A stretch of DNA of 64,000 nucleotides. Source: Octopus sinensis (taxonomy: Eukaryota). The stretch spans positions 41,912,001-41,976,000 of the forward strand of contig NC_042998.1 in assembly GCF_006345805.1 (NCBI RefSeq). Direction: 5' to 3'. Made by a program: the position numbers and the translations under genes. Positions 22,958 to 35,331 of the stretch are shown here, one piece after another (position 1 is the stretch's first letter; each line of letters begins with the position of its first letter). The notes under the pieces were generated by a model. It saw only the letters and a program-made list of their open reading frames with translations. It did no database searches and had not been told where the DNA came from.

Positions 22958-25389
22958 TATGAAATCCTAATTATTATTAACTTGATAATCTTCATTGTTG
23001 TTATTTTCATTTTTATTGCCATATCATTGAATCTACCATAGTTGTTGACATTGTTATTTATTCCCTCTCTTTTCAAATATTTATATTCATTATTGATATG
23101 TGAAAAGAAACTGGGGGAAACTGTTCTTAAAAAAAGGGTTCATAATAGTTTAGTTGTTAAAATGCCAAATACCAGTGTTTTGAAATCTTGGTTCAGTACC
23201 AGACAGTAAAATGTTTATGTTCACATGTCAATTCTGTGTCCAAGAGGATGAAAATCTGGTAGATATTATTATATGTTTAATGTTTGCTTTCCTTATTCAT
23301 ATTAGTTTTAGGAAATATTTGGATTAGTTCTAAATATATGGAAAAAAAAATAAAGATGCTACATCAGTTTATCTTGTCAACTGAACACCAATGTTTCTGC
23401 TGTGGCTCTTGTAACCGATTCTGGCACATTCCCAAATGCAGGTTGGCACAGCATAAAAATTAAAATACAGTATAGAAGTGGGAGCATTAAAGCTATGAAG
23501 CATACATTAGTCAATAGAATTGTGTGATTTTAACAACTGCCATGAACCTCCTTCTCCAGCATCATCATCAACTTTTCTAATGCTAATACTACAATAACTC
23601 TTTGCCATATTATCATTTCCACCATACTCAGCTAGTTTTCAGCACCATTATTACAGTTACTAAAATAATCATCACTACCATAAACATAACCAAATACTAA
23701 AACAAAAAGACAAAACAACTACAATAGTAATAAAAATAATAACAACAATAATTCTGTTGATAGATGTTTTCTTTTTTTTTCTCCATTTCAAGTAACATTA
23801 CTTCTATGCAGATTTAAAGCTAAACATACAACAACATCAATAACATCAATGTCCATTTGAACAGCATCTGATCAATAACTGCAAAGTTATTGTTTGGAAT
23901 TTTGGGCACTAAATTATGTAGATTCATTGGTTATATGGCAATGGAAAGTTGGGGAGGTACATAATGTATAAGTTATTGAGATACTTTATGTCTGACCTGA
24001 AAGCAGATCTTCACGTTTTGAGGTGCTACTCGCATGTACTTGTTTAAAGTTTCATACTGCACCTACTTTTCAGGAAAAGAGAGGAAATATGAAGTGTTAC
24101 TGAGAAAAGAGAAGTGAGTGGAGATGGAGAGATAGGAATGTATTTTCTGACAAACTTCTCTTGCTGATACCATTATTAACGCACTCAATCCTAGACTCAA
24201 AACATTTGGAATTAATCATGTGTCCCTAAATCATCTTTTATGATTACATTACCTTCACTCTTCTCTTTTTCTCGCTCTCTCTCACTTCATCTCTTTCTTA
24301 CTCTTTCTTTCACTATCAGTTTTCTCATTTTCTTATTCTATCTCTGACTCTCTTCTTCCCTTGTAATTCTTATCCAAGGATAAATATTTGTGGTCACCGT
24401 GTGACTGTTATGTAATGACTATTTCTGTCTTGCTTGTCAAATCTCTGATTGTTACTACAGACATTAGAACTGTTTAAATAAGAAGAACCACAGTTTATGG
24501 GTAAGGGAACGTTATCTAACCAACTATTCTCCAATTAAGATTTAGTACGCAATCTACATTATTCGTTATTATTGTTTATCTGACAACAATAGTAAAGTGA
24601 TAGATAGTGAAAAGTAAATGTCAAGCTTTCAACTTAAACATCATTTTGAAATTTAAAAAAATAAAGTCATAAAAACATACTTTAGAGATAAATAGATACA
24701 TAAAATTAATCACACCCTATACATTTATGGAGTAAAAGATGTAGTTTAGCTAAAAGTCTCTCACTTTTACTCATTCTAGAACCTAAACTAAGGTTTAGCC
24801 TATTTACCCACCCTAGGGTACATGTTTTTTTTTTGTTTTTTTTTGTGGCAAAATGGATTTACTCTATACTTAGTGATTTTCAGCAATCTTTAGATACTGA
24901 TTGCTTGGTATCATTTTAAAAAATTTATTGTTGAAGAATTATTCATGAAGATGATTTAAGATCTTAAATGTATTGTGTGAAAGGTCAAGCTTACCAGTAG
25001 ATCCAAGAAAAAATTTAAAACATATAAGCATTCATTTGGGTTCTGTTCTTAGTATACTTTCTTTTTGTAGTTCTTGTAGTAATTGCATGAGTTCAGCTGT
25101 TATAAATTACTAAGAGTTTTAATGTATTGATAGCATACTTCTCATTGGAATTTCAGAAAAAGTTTCAAATTAGGAAGGTTGGTTTTTATGTCAAAAGACC
25201 AAAGGCAAACACTGAATAATTAATTATGAAGAGAAAGTCTGAAATTCCATTACTATTTGAAAAATTGTTTTGCTTAACACTATGTACTCAGAGTAAGCAA
25301 AAATTTGGTAGGATTTCTGACAGACTGACAGGTAACAAAAATTTCAAATACAAGAGATATTTAGGAATAGTTATTTCTAGAAGTATCTA

Positions 25390-25960
25390 TGAAATACTTA
25401 GTTGTAGAAAGCTTCCATCTTAGTACAGGAAGTAATTGGGATGAAAATATATAGTATCTAGGATAATAAGTAGGTGAAACAAGTTCCATAAGTTGTTATC
25501 TCTGTTGTCAACCAAACAACTATCAAAAAGCATACTGTACTGTTTCAAGCATGTGTATAAACTGAGACCTGCATGATCGTGAGAAATGGGTAATGAATGA
25601 ATAAGATCAACAAAGACTAGAGAGGGGAATGAACTGAATGTGATCTGTTGGATGTTTAACATAAACTTGCATGAAAGGTAAAGTACAAGTGAACTGAGAA
25701 AGTGGCTGGCATTAGATGCTTTAGCCAATGTGTGCAGGGGAGGTGACTGTGGTAGCATGGATAAGTAATGTAAATCGATAGCAATAGCTGAAAAAGTGAT
25801 GTGTGCTAACAGTGGAATATATCATTTGCAGAGGAAAACCAAGGAAGACATGAGATGAAATAATGAGATATCTGTTAATATTAGGCCTCACAAAAAGAGA
25901 CACTGGATCAAGAATAATGTTGATATGCATACTATGGACTCTCCAAATCATGAAAGCATG
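25390..25960 (+). mobile_element. Decayed RTE LINE 3' region
   Basis: Remnants of SE.W.MN.EDQQRLER and RGKPRKT, matching the RTE ORF end seen at 39.5-39.9 kb. Confidence 0.6.
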
Positions 25961-28649
25961 GTAAATGGGCATTAAAATACTGTTGTTGATGATGATGATG
26001 GCATTTGTGGTATTCATGCTAATTCATGTTTATCACTATGTCTTTGTACTGTATGGATTTGTACTTATCTCTTGAAATTCTTGTTATGATATCAATCTTT
26101 GCAAAGTGGCTGGATATTGCAAAGCTGATCACTTTTGCATAAAACAGCAGCACATTTTATTTGACAGATCTTTGGAGTTAATTGAGATTATGCAAATGAA
26201 ATATCTTTAAAGCATTTAAAAGTTGTGTAATACCATTTTGTCACAAATGAAACATCTTTGATCTCTATTAATCGAAAGAAATAGAACCGTCATAGATTTT
26301 TAAAATGCATTGCTGTTAATAATGAGGTAAGTTTGGAATAAAGCGAGCATTTTGTTTCTAAGATTTGGCACTAAGAGCATTCATGAAAGTAACTAGAAGT
26401 AGATACTGTCTCCTGTTTTAGTGATTGAATTTGAGCAGGAGGTGATTTCGCTCATACATGTTTGTGTCAATTGTAGGATCAGAAAATAAAATTCTTATAC
26501 AAGAAATGTTTTTCATTCGCCACAATATTCTTAGAATACAGTAGTTCTAATGAAGATATTTTACTTTATAATCTTAATTTTTAGCAACTTGGAATATCTA
26601 AACATTTTGGAGTTGTGTAATGACAAAATATCTTGTTTGATTAGTTATAAACAGAGTTGATCTGAACCTACCAATATTTTTGCATTTACTTCTACCATCA
26701 ACAGAATTTTCATGATTTGTCTTGTCAGTACCATGTTTTTAGTGAATTATCCATAATTTACCAATATAAATCCCTATGGTACTTTCTAGAAACTGTAGGT
26801 TTTGCAGATGAATTTCTCAGAATTTTCTAATGACAAATGAGATATTACATTAAGTAAAATTTATTTAGATTCTTATTTGAAGATTACTTAAATACAAAGA
26901 TTTTGCAGAGAAACACATTTGTCCACATCTCTTTTGATTTTAGTAAGTGTTAATTATTCTTCTCTTGTATTTATACATGGGTTATATACTTATGTGACCA
27001 CGAAATCTTCAAATCATTACCTCTATTGATTTTCCCTTAACTATTGGAATTGCTTTCACTTTGATGGGAAAATTTTTTGCTTCTGTTTTTGTATAAACAA
27101 AATTCATTGTGTACAGATTCTACTAGCACTCCTTAGAAAACGTATAAGCGTTTAATTGATTATGAAGGCCAGATGGTAAAAGGTAGCATTTAAAGTAGTA
27201 CTCATTCTTTTCAATCTATAGTTGAACCAGTTTGCAGCTTGAGCATACTAAAAGGAAAAAAAAGCAAGAAATGAAATATATTTGCTCACTATCCAGATGC
27301 CTCTAAAAATGTCTCAACTTGAGCCTATTAGTATGATATGAGATGATCATTATGTGATCTTATTAATGGTAGTTGAACCATTGCCTCTTCAACAAAAAGC
27401 AAGAAAGGATTAAAATTTTGTCTGGAATTTCCTTAAATTAAGAGTAATTAAGCAGATACAAGTTCTTACTACATATTTTGTCTCCTAAGTAATTACTTGT
27501 GATTTTGTGGTAGCATTTAAACAGAAATAGAATAAAGGCCTGTCATCTGCACATACAGTTTAAACTGAAAGCTGTTTACTGCTTCACTAGATTGTATTCT
27601 ACAGACTATTAACTAGGCTAGTAGATATGTAACATATTGGCTGTTACCTTTATCATATGTTTGTGATGGACATGGTTGAATTGTTGTTTATTGTCAAAAG
27701 CTATATCTCATCAAAAACTGAATCTTTTTCTGTATTACAAGGTTCCATAGAGCTGCTGCTTACCTGTGGTTTCCATAGTGTCTAGTGGGATGGAACTAAA
27801 TCTATCACTGAATGAATTGCTATTTTACCATAATAAACTTTTCTCATGGGAAAAATTGAACTTATCACTGCAGACCTATAAATTGTTTGAGAATTTCATA
27901 GTATTGCCACTGAATATAACACTATAGCACTTGTGGTGCCTACTTAGAACTTGACGGACTTGTCAAGAGACGAGGTAGTGAGCAGATGAAAAAATAATCA
28001 AAACAAGCTGGCAGGCATACAATACAGTTCAAGCAAGTTAATGTCTCTGAAAAATTAGGAAGGTATGATTTCAATTAACTGACAATGATATTTTGTCAAG
28101 GTAAAGTACCTTGTTTCCCATAAATCTTGAGTGACCTTAACTTCAGGAAAATGCACTCTCCCTACTATTCATCTCTTTCAGAGACATAAAACAAAATTAT
28201 CTTTACACTTATACTCATTGTGAAATGTTATTTGGAGGTGTTAAAAATTTAATTGGAAATGTAAGCACTATCTTTAGCTCTTTAAATTTAAATGCATATT
28301 ACCATATTATTTGGTGGAGCTAAACAGATAAAAAGTCTACCTAGACAACTTTGCCAGAGGAAGTTTCTGAAGCATTTCCATGACAGATTCAGCAAATAGT
28401 GCAAACAGACATCTATAGCAAAGGTGAAAGATTTTAGCATGGAGTCTATAGTGGAAATAGCTGTGAAAATTCTGTTATTTAGTATGGATAGAGGTGATAG
28501 ACTTAAGGAAAAAATATCTGACTAGTGAAATCATTATTGTTAATTTTCTTATTTTAAGAATATGAGAATAAGAAAAGCATGTTTTACAAAATTGTGGATG
28601 AATAGACATATAAACTTATTTTTGACCAGGACTGTATAAATACATAGGA

Positions 28650-31600
28650 CATTATCCATCTGATAGCATTCAATCAAAGTGAATTGAATGCTTGGGTGGA
28701 TGTGAAATGCAGTCAACCAGTTTCAAGGAGGAGAAGCCACTGTAGCAGTAGAAAGATCAGAGGGAAGAGACAACGTATCTATAAGTCAGCTGTTGACATA
28801 TGTTGGTGACTGACTTCATGCTAATCTGTTGGGTGGCCTTTATTTTTTAAAGCGGTTCAGGATGATTGTATATGAAGAAGCAACACTCTCCCAAATGTAG
28901 GAGCAGTTAATTGCTGTGAGTCTCATTTGAACTTTGTAGAGGTTTAATATTTGATAAGAAAAGCAGGGAATGAAGTATTTTTTGGCACTGAAAAGGAAAA
29001 GCCAGTCTTAAAGATGCAACCATTCTTATTTTGTGAATGTACAATCAATACAATCAACAGGAGAAATTTTTAGTGATACTGAGGCTTTGCATTTATAGCA
29101 AGTTCCATTGTTTTATTTGTGTGTTGTTCAGGTTTATGGTTGATAGGGGTTCAATATTGTTTTCTAAATAAGTATAGTCATTGTGTCTTTGTGCTGTTGA
29201 AGGCGATAAAATTGGATTGACAGCATTGAAATATATTTTCAAAGTCTCTTTTCATAGAGTTGTAAGTTTCACACATATCTAAGTTGTATATAAATGATGT
29301 TTAGGTATGGAAAGTTAGAGATATGAACATTGCATGAACATTGAGTAGTTTAGGAACAAATCTTTGCCTGTTTGGAAAAATGATATATGGATGCTTTAAA
29401 TTATCAATATGTTGGTGATGTTTAGTTAACCCTTTAGCATCTAAACTGGCTATATCAGGCTCAAATATTCTACCTGTTTTATGTTCAAACTGGCTAGATC
29501 CAGTCTCTCACATCTACTCTACAATGTCATTCTAAAAATAATCTCTTCTTCAAAATCTTGAAGCTATAAATTAATACCTGATTAATTCAAAACAATATGA
29601 ATAAATAAGCATTACATTTGACAGATTAATCTGAATGCTAAAGGGTTAAATACAGAAAATGAAAATGATAGAAATGTTGATGATGGAGTAAGGACACAAA
29701 TGAAAATCAATATCAGCTCAAGAAATTGTGATGGCAATAAGAGCATAAGGGTTAAGAATTAGGCAATATAATAAGGTTAGGCTTAAAGGACTGAGGATTT
29801 TTCATTGAAAAAAATATCCTTGTTTTTCTACTTACAATGAAGTATTCTGTGTCTCTTTGAACTGAGACACAGCATTTGCGAATGACATCAATGTGATGTG
29901 GTAGCTACATCGACAAATGAGGTGATCAATAATATACTGGATGAGTACTAGGCAGTAACTGGGGAATGATTTAACCTAAATATATCAGTAGGACACAACA
30001 TGGCATTTGGAGAGACAAGTTTGTGTAAGCTGGCAGTTACTTGTACTGGATTGGGAGTCCTGTTAAAGTGGTTTAAGTTTGTTTAAATCCAGATCTGGTA
30101 GATAAAACTGGAAGGCTGTTGGAAGTAGAGTGGCCAAACTTATGCAGAATGGACTAAGTGGAAGTTGTTCCTTAAAGGCTGAGCAGAGGTTGCTAGTACT
30201 GCCATCTAACTGTTGCACCTTGTCCTAGGAAGCTTCTTACAAGAATGGAGTACATGCACTTTTACTTCTTGTGAAAGTAAAAGGCTAATGTTACAGTTTA
30301 TCTTTGTGGAACCAATAAAATAAAGTAGCATTCAAGTATTGGTGTAAATTTAATCAACTGACCCCTCCTCTTGGATAAGTGATCCTATTCCTGATGAAGT
30401 TAACTTTGCTTTTAATCCTTTCAGAGTTGATAAAATGATGCACTGGTGAGGTATGGGATCACTGGAATCAATAAGCTTAGTCTCCTTAAAATTGGCAGCC
30501 TTGTGTTTAACTCATGATTGTTGTTTCTAGAATGTATGCCAATCTCTTTTGCCTTAGCACAAAGTTGTTTTCCTAGTTTTTGTGTTACCTCTTTTAATGC
30601 AGAACCAACCATAACTACTGATGACTTGTTGGTTCCTTTGTTTCTTATCCTATTAGTCGGTGAGGGTATACCTTTAAAAGCAAATTTTAATTCATAAAAA
30701 AAGTTAGTATAAACACTCAAGAAGCATCATCCTTAATAGCCAGTCAACAGGGGTTGAAGTTGGAATTATTGTAAGTGGTGAGAAGAAGGTTGCCACTGAG
30801 AGTCACTTCTTTGCTATTTTCACTGAAGTAGACTTGCCCTTCTCTGAGTCATCAATGTGACCCCTCTTTCCCATTAGCTCCACTATTATTGACACTTGTG
30901 GGAAGAAAAGTGACAATGACAATAACTTGCTGAGCAATAGCATTATTAAAGGTAATGTAATAAGCAACAACATGCTACAGGGATCTTGAGAAACAATTTT
31001 CAGGTAATTTTCTAGGTGAGAGTGGGTACGAACCTTTTGGAGAGGCTTTCAAAGAATCCCCTCCTTGTTCAGAAGACCAGATTACTCATTCTTCGCCTCA
31101 ACTAAGGTAAGTGATCTCTCACTTCTTTTCTTCCTACAAATGTGGCATTACCCAAAAGTGTGTTGTATAAATGCACATAGCCCAACATCAGCTGGGAAGC
31201 ATAGCCAGATGATGTCATTGCAATGGAATCAGCCACCACAAAGGTTGAGGTAGGAAAACAATGATAACGGGAGCAAAATTTAACCTTAACAAGTCAATAG
31301 ATTTGCAACTTGATGTTTGGAGAGACAAGTTCATGGTGGCCAGCATTTTGGGGCACTGGACTGACTAGTTAAGGTACCTGGGATCTGTTTCAGGCAAGAT
31401 CTCCAAATGGATATGAGCAGGATTGCCAGTTTCATTAGAGATCAGATGATAAGAAATTATTCCTGAAAGACTGGACAGTAATGGAGAGCATGTACATTGT
31501 CTGCATTGTGTATTGCTGCCTCACCCTTTTTGCTTCAGTGGGACATGTTTCATTAATCAAGCATGTTATCTGTTTCAACAGCCTCTGTGTGGTGGGCTCA

Positions 31601-31690
31601 GTATGTTGTGAATGGTGATTCACATACATGTGCTGATGCTATAACATCTACAGAGATCCTTGAATAGTAAACCGGTGTTGCTGCCTTTTA
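28650..31690 (-). mobile_element. Long, heavily decayed CR1/Jockey-like LINE (endonuclease to RT), interrupted by a MITE
   Basis: Minus-strand remnants in the expected order: QSFRNNF-like APE start near 31.45 kb, KQGYF near 29.8 kb, FIAFNSTKTQ near 29.2 kb; many stops; ends approximate. Confidence 0.5.
29426..29649 (+). mobile_element. piggyBac-like MITE (216 bp) with TTAA target-site duplication
   Basis: TTAA-CCCTTTAGCAT...ATGCTAAAGGG-TTAA; CCC/GGG termini plus TTAA are piggyBac hallmarks. Confidence 0.88.
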
Positions 31691-31740
31691 TCAGGAACAT
31701 TTTCCAACAGTGCATTTCTTTGATAAAACAGCAGAGTTCT

Positions 31741-31812
31741 GAGTCAAGCAAAGCTTAGAGTCTTGAAGTCAAGCAAAGCTTAGAGTCTTGAGTCAAGCAA
31801 AGCAAAGCTCAA
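31741..31812. repeat. About 3 copies of a 24-25 bp unit (GAGTCAAGCAAAGCTTAGAGTCTT)
   Basis: Directly visible. Confidence 0.85.
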
Positions 31813-31899
31813 GTGGTTTAATTTTTATAATTCCTCTTTTGTTTGCATCTGTAAAATTGTTTTCTATTTACTCATGGCATGTTCATGTATCTTCTTATT

Positions 31900-32620
31900 A
31901 TTAATACTACATTAATCATAGTGTTTCTGGGATACATATGTAGGGAATGCTGTCAAGAGCCTTCTGGCATGCTGTGTTCAGACTCTTCTATTTCTTTCTG
32001 TATTCTTTGGTTAGGGCTTTGTTGATCAGTAATTGATCTTTACAGCCATATGAGACTTTTGCAGGATTTCTTCCAATTTATTGGAAACAGGTTATTTTTT
32101 TCCAAATGTTTAATGTAGTTAAGGCATTGTAGTGTGTATGAAGGCAGTTATGAGTTTACAGTGTTTTAAGAGCTGGTTTCTTTAGTTTTGACAATTAAGA
32201 TGGTTTTTCTCATCAATGAGCCAGTTGGATGATTTTTTCAGCTCTGTCAGATCTCATTAAACATCTCTGTACCTTATGTGTCCCTGTTAAATATTTTAAC
32301 TATAAGTTTGGAATCTTATCAAGTTCTGGTGTCTTCATTTTTTTTTTATTTCAGTAGCAAGGTAGCTTCTGTAAATTGTTTTGATGTTGTGTTCATGTCC
32401 ATGGTAATTCTTTTGTTGCTCATACTTCTCTCCAAAATTCTTCTACTCTTCTTGCTGTTTGTTCTGCATCAGTTTCTGTTTTAAATTCACTAAGTTCTTG
32501 ATAAAATTATTTTGGGTCAAAGGCAAATTGTTTTGCTCAAAGAATTATTGTTTTTTTCTTATTGATGAATTCATTGCAATTTTGGGAAGACCTCTTATTT
32601 CAGGCATTTAAAAAAATTTC
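31900..32620 (-). mobile_element. Older R4/Dong-type LINE RT fragment
   Basis: Minus translation KVSYGCKDQLLINKA and QKALDSIPY, RT motifs typical of RLE-clade LINEs; probably continues at about 33.56-34.0 kb. Confidence 0.7.
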
Positions 32621-32643
32621 AGAAACTTATTATTATTATTATT

Positions 32644-33229
32644 CAGTAGTTTTATTTTTATAGCGTGCTTTCACTTCACTACCGAGCGCAGCTCTGTGTG
32701 CCTTGGGTATGTGCTGTGATTTGTTGTGATGCTCTGATGGTTATTGTATGGAAAGTGTTCTGCGTAGGATGTGTGCAGTGCCTATTAGTGCAATTTTCTG
32801 TATGTTATATGTGTTTGTAAGTCCTGGTGTTTTTGTTATGTATTTGTCTGAATATTTTTTTATCATGCCTAATGCACCTACTATGATAGGAATTGTTTCT
32901 GTTTTCAGGTTCCACATTCTAGTTATCTCTATTTCCAGGTCTTTGTATTTTGAGAGTTTCTCCATTTCTTTTAGAGACACGTTGTCATCTGCCGGTATTG
33001 ATACATCAATTAGAAAGCATTTTTTTTCTTCATGATCTCTGACAACTATATCTGGTCTGTTGGCCTTAATTTCTCTATCTGTGTGTATCAGCATATCCCA
33101 GAGTATGGTTGCTTTCTCGTTTTCTGTGACCTTTTCTGGTGTGTGCCTATACCATCTTTTTTCTGTTGTTATTCCATAATGTTGGCATAGCTTCCAATGT
33201 ATGTAGGTTCCAACTCTGTCATGTCTGTG
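32644..33229 (-). mobile_element. Young 5'-truncated R4/Dong-type LINE with restriction-like endonuclease domain
   Basis: ORF 32741..33277: RHDRVGTYIHWKLC...ILWD...NRPDIVV...CFLIDVSIP...EKLSKYKDL...IIVGALG, open to the stop; (TTA)n on both sides. Confidence 0.92.
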
Positions 33230-33230
33230 A

Positions 33231-33274
<44 letters not shown>

Positions 33275-33303
33275 CATTATTATTATTATTATTATTATTG
33301 TTT

Positions 33304-33560
33304 TAGGTGGTGAACTGGCAGAATCGTTTGCATGCTAGGTGAAATGCTTAGTGTTACTTTGCCCATTGTTACATTCTGAGTTCAAATTCTGCAGAGGTTG
33401 ACTTTGCCTTTCATCCTTTTGGGGGTTGATAAATTAAGTACCAGTGGAAACACCGGGGTCAATGTAATTGACTATCCCACACCCCCAAATTTCAGGCCTT
33501 GTGCCTATAGCAGAAAGGATTATTATTATCATTATCATTATCATCATTATTATTATTATT
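33304..33560 (+). mobile_element. Well-preserved family B SINE
   Basis: GGTGGTGAACTGGCAGAATCG...GAGTTCAAATTC...TTGACTTTGCCTTTCATCCTTTTGGGGGTTGATAAATTAAGTACC...GAAAGG(ATT)n. Confidence 0.88.
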
Positions 33561-34183
33561 ATTATTGGATAATTTTTATTTCTTTAGTTTTTGTCTTCTT
33601 CCTTGTCTCAACTGTGTTATTTTGTTATTGATTTCATTACTGATTGGGAGATATTTTTTCTTGTTTTCTATCTCTTTGTATACATTTATTTTCCATGTCC
33701 ATTGCTTGGGGTTTGATTCTCTCATTTCAGTAGATCTAATGGAGTACTGACTTTTCTTTGTAACTACAGTAACTGATGCACATATTATTTCATTTATCCT
33801 GATGATGTTGATGTCTGTATCTGTTTTAGTTAAGTCTGTGATGGTCAGATTAGCATTTCCAATTGTTGTTGCTATTTTATTGTTGTAATTCTTGAATAAT
33901 TTCCACTTTTAGATTGTCATGGCTATGGTTGCCACTTTCAGAATTTCCTTTTCTTAATTCTTTCTCGAAGTGGTAAATATCCAAATGAGGTGTATACTGC
34001 AGGTTACTCTTCAGGCCAAGGGTATCTTGATTAAATGAAGTCTACATTGTTGTTAGGAGGCACAATGACAAATCCACAAATCCTCAACCTTCCACCCCAA
34101 TAAATCACTATTGTTCCTGAAAGTTGTTTCTACGGATTGCTTGAAGCTCATCTTCTCCCTACATCTTGATCCTTGGATCTAAC

Positions 34184-34219
<36 letters not shown>

Positions 34220-35116
34220 TTGATTGGTGTTGACATTTAAGAGGAATGGATGATATGAGCTTGGATGAAAAGTAGTGTGATTTTATATTAGATGTTATAC
34301 AAGAAAGAAGAGCATCAAGAAATGTCAATTTAAAATAGGTCAAAAAGATTTAGGCTCTATAAAAGCAAAGGGTATCAGTGGATGGAGAAATGTTGTAAAG
34401 TCTAAATCCCTATCTAACTTACATCAACAAAATTGCACATAAAGGCATTAATGGTTGTACATATAGTAATGGTAGATAAATGATGTTTGCAATGATTGCA
34501 ACTTTTGTGGCATTGATGACTTTTTTCCAAATATTTTTTTTCAGTATGTGTTTTTCTTTTTTGCCTTATATTTTACCACAGTAGTATTAACCTTCACTAT
34601 TTTACTAGTTGTTATTAATTCTTTTTTAACTAGGTTCTTTTCTTTAACCTAACATTTCTATTTGTTAATGTATCTTCTATTCTCTTTCATCTTAGATACA
34701 TCTTCAAAACACTTTAATATTACTTGGACCAAGTGTATTTATTTATCAATACTTCAGTGTACTGAAATTTTTGCATGTTATTTTCATTTATTAGTCTGTT
34801 TAGAATTTCTTATTCAATTTCTGCACTTCTTGGTTATTGGCCTGTTCAGTGTAAAGCAGGGTCAAATAATTAGATTTGTGTTTTTTAATGAATGCATTTA
34901 TATTTATCTTGATTGTCATATTGTTGTGTAGCTTCAGGTTATTCAGTTCTGATCAAGCAGACCTAACCTAATCATTTTGAACATAACAGTGTGTGTGACT
35001 CAAGGGAAATTGTTTCCTATTTCTACTATATAGAGGTACTCTAGTTGGATTCATGGTTCCTTTAGTTTTATTGTAAAATAGTTCTAGTTGAATATGTGGG
35101 AGTGGGTAGGTGAAAT

Positions 35117-35331
35117 TATGAGGGGTGCTCAAAAGTTCCTGACTTTAAGGGTACTGTGAAAGGCCTGGTTGAAGGTCCAACCTAGTTCTTTTACAGGGCT
35201 TAGACAAACCGAAGGACTGCTGCAATAAGTGCGTGAATCTGAGAGGGGAATATGTTGAATAAAATCATAATTAACTGATCTCCTGTATTTTCTATTACCC
35301 AAAGCCAGGAACTCTTCTGCACCATCTCATA
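35117..35331 (+). mobile_element. Non-autonomous mariner derivative (MITE)
   Basis: About 30-bp imperfect TIRs (TGAGGGGTGCTCAAAAGTTCCTGACTTT / AAAGCCAGGAACTCTTCTGCACCATCTCA), TA both sides, internal KCVNLRGEYVE* resembling a mariner C-terminus. Confidence 0.8.

Noticed and set aside
26095-26390. Partial matches to miR-153 (AAAAGTGATC, minus) and miR-96 (TTTGGCACTA)
   Set aside because: Only about 10 nt match and no complementary hairpin arm
27750-27810. Strong minus-strand donor CAG|gtaagc
   Set aside because: It appears to lie in a decayed SINE-like repeat segment; the short open frame is uninformative
27945-27975. CTTGAC-GGACTT-GTCAAG hairpin as a Helitron 3' end
   Set aside because: No CTRR terminus at the expected distance
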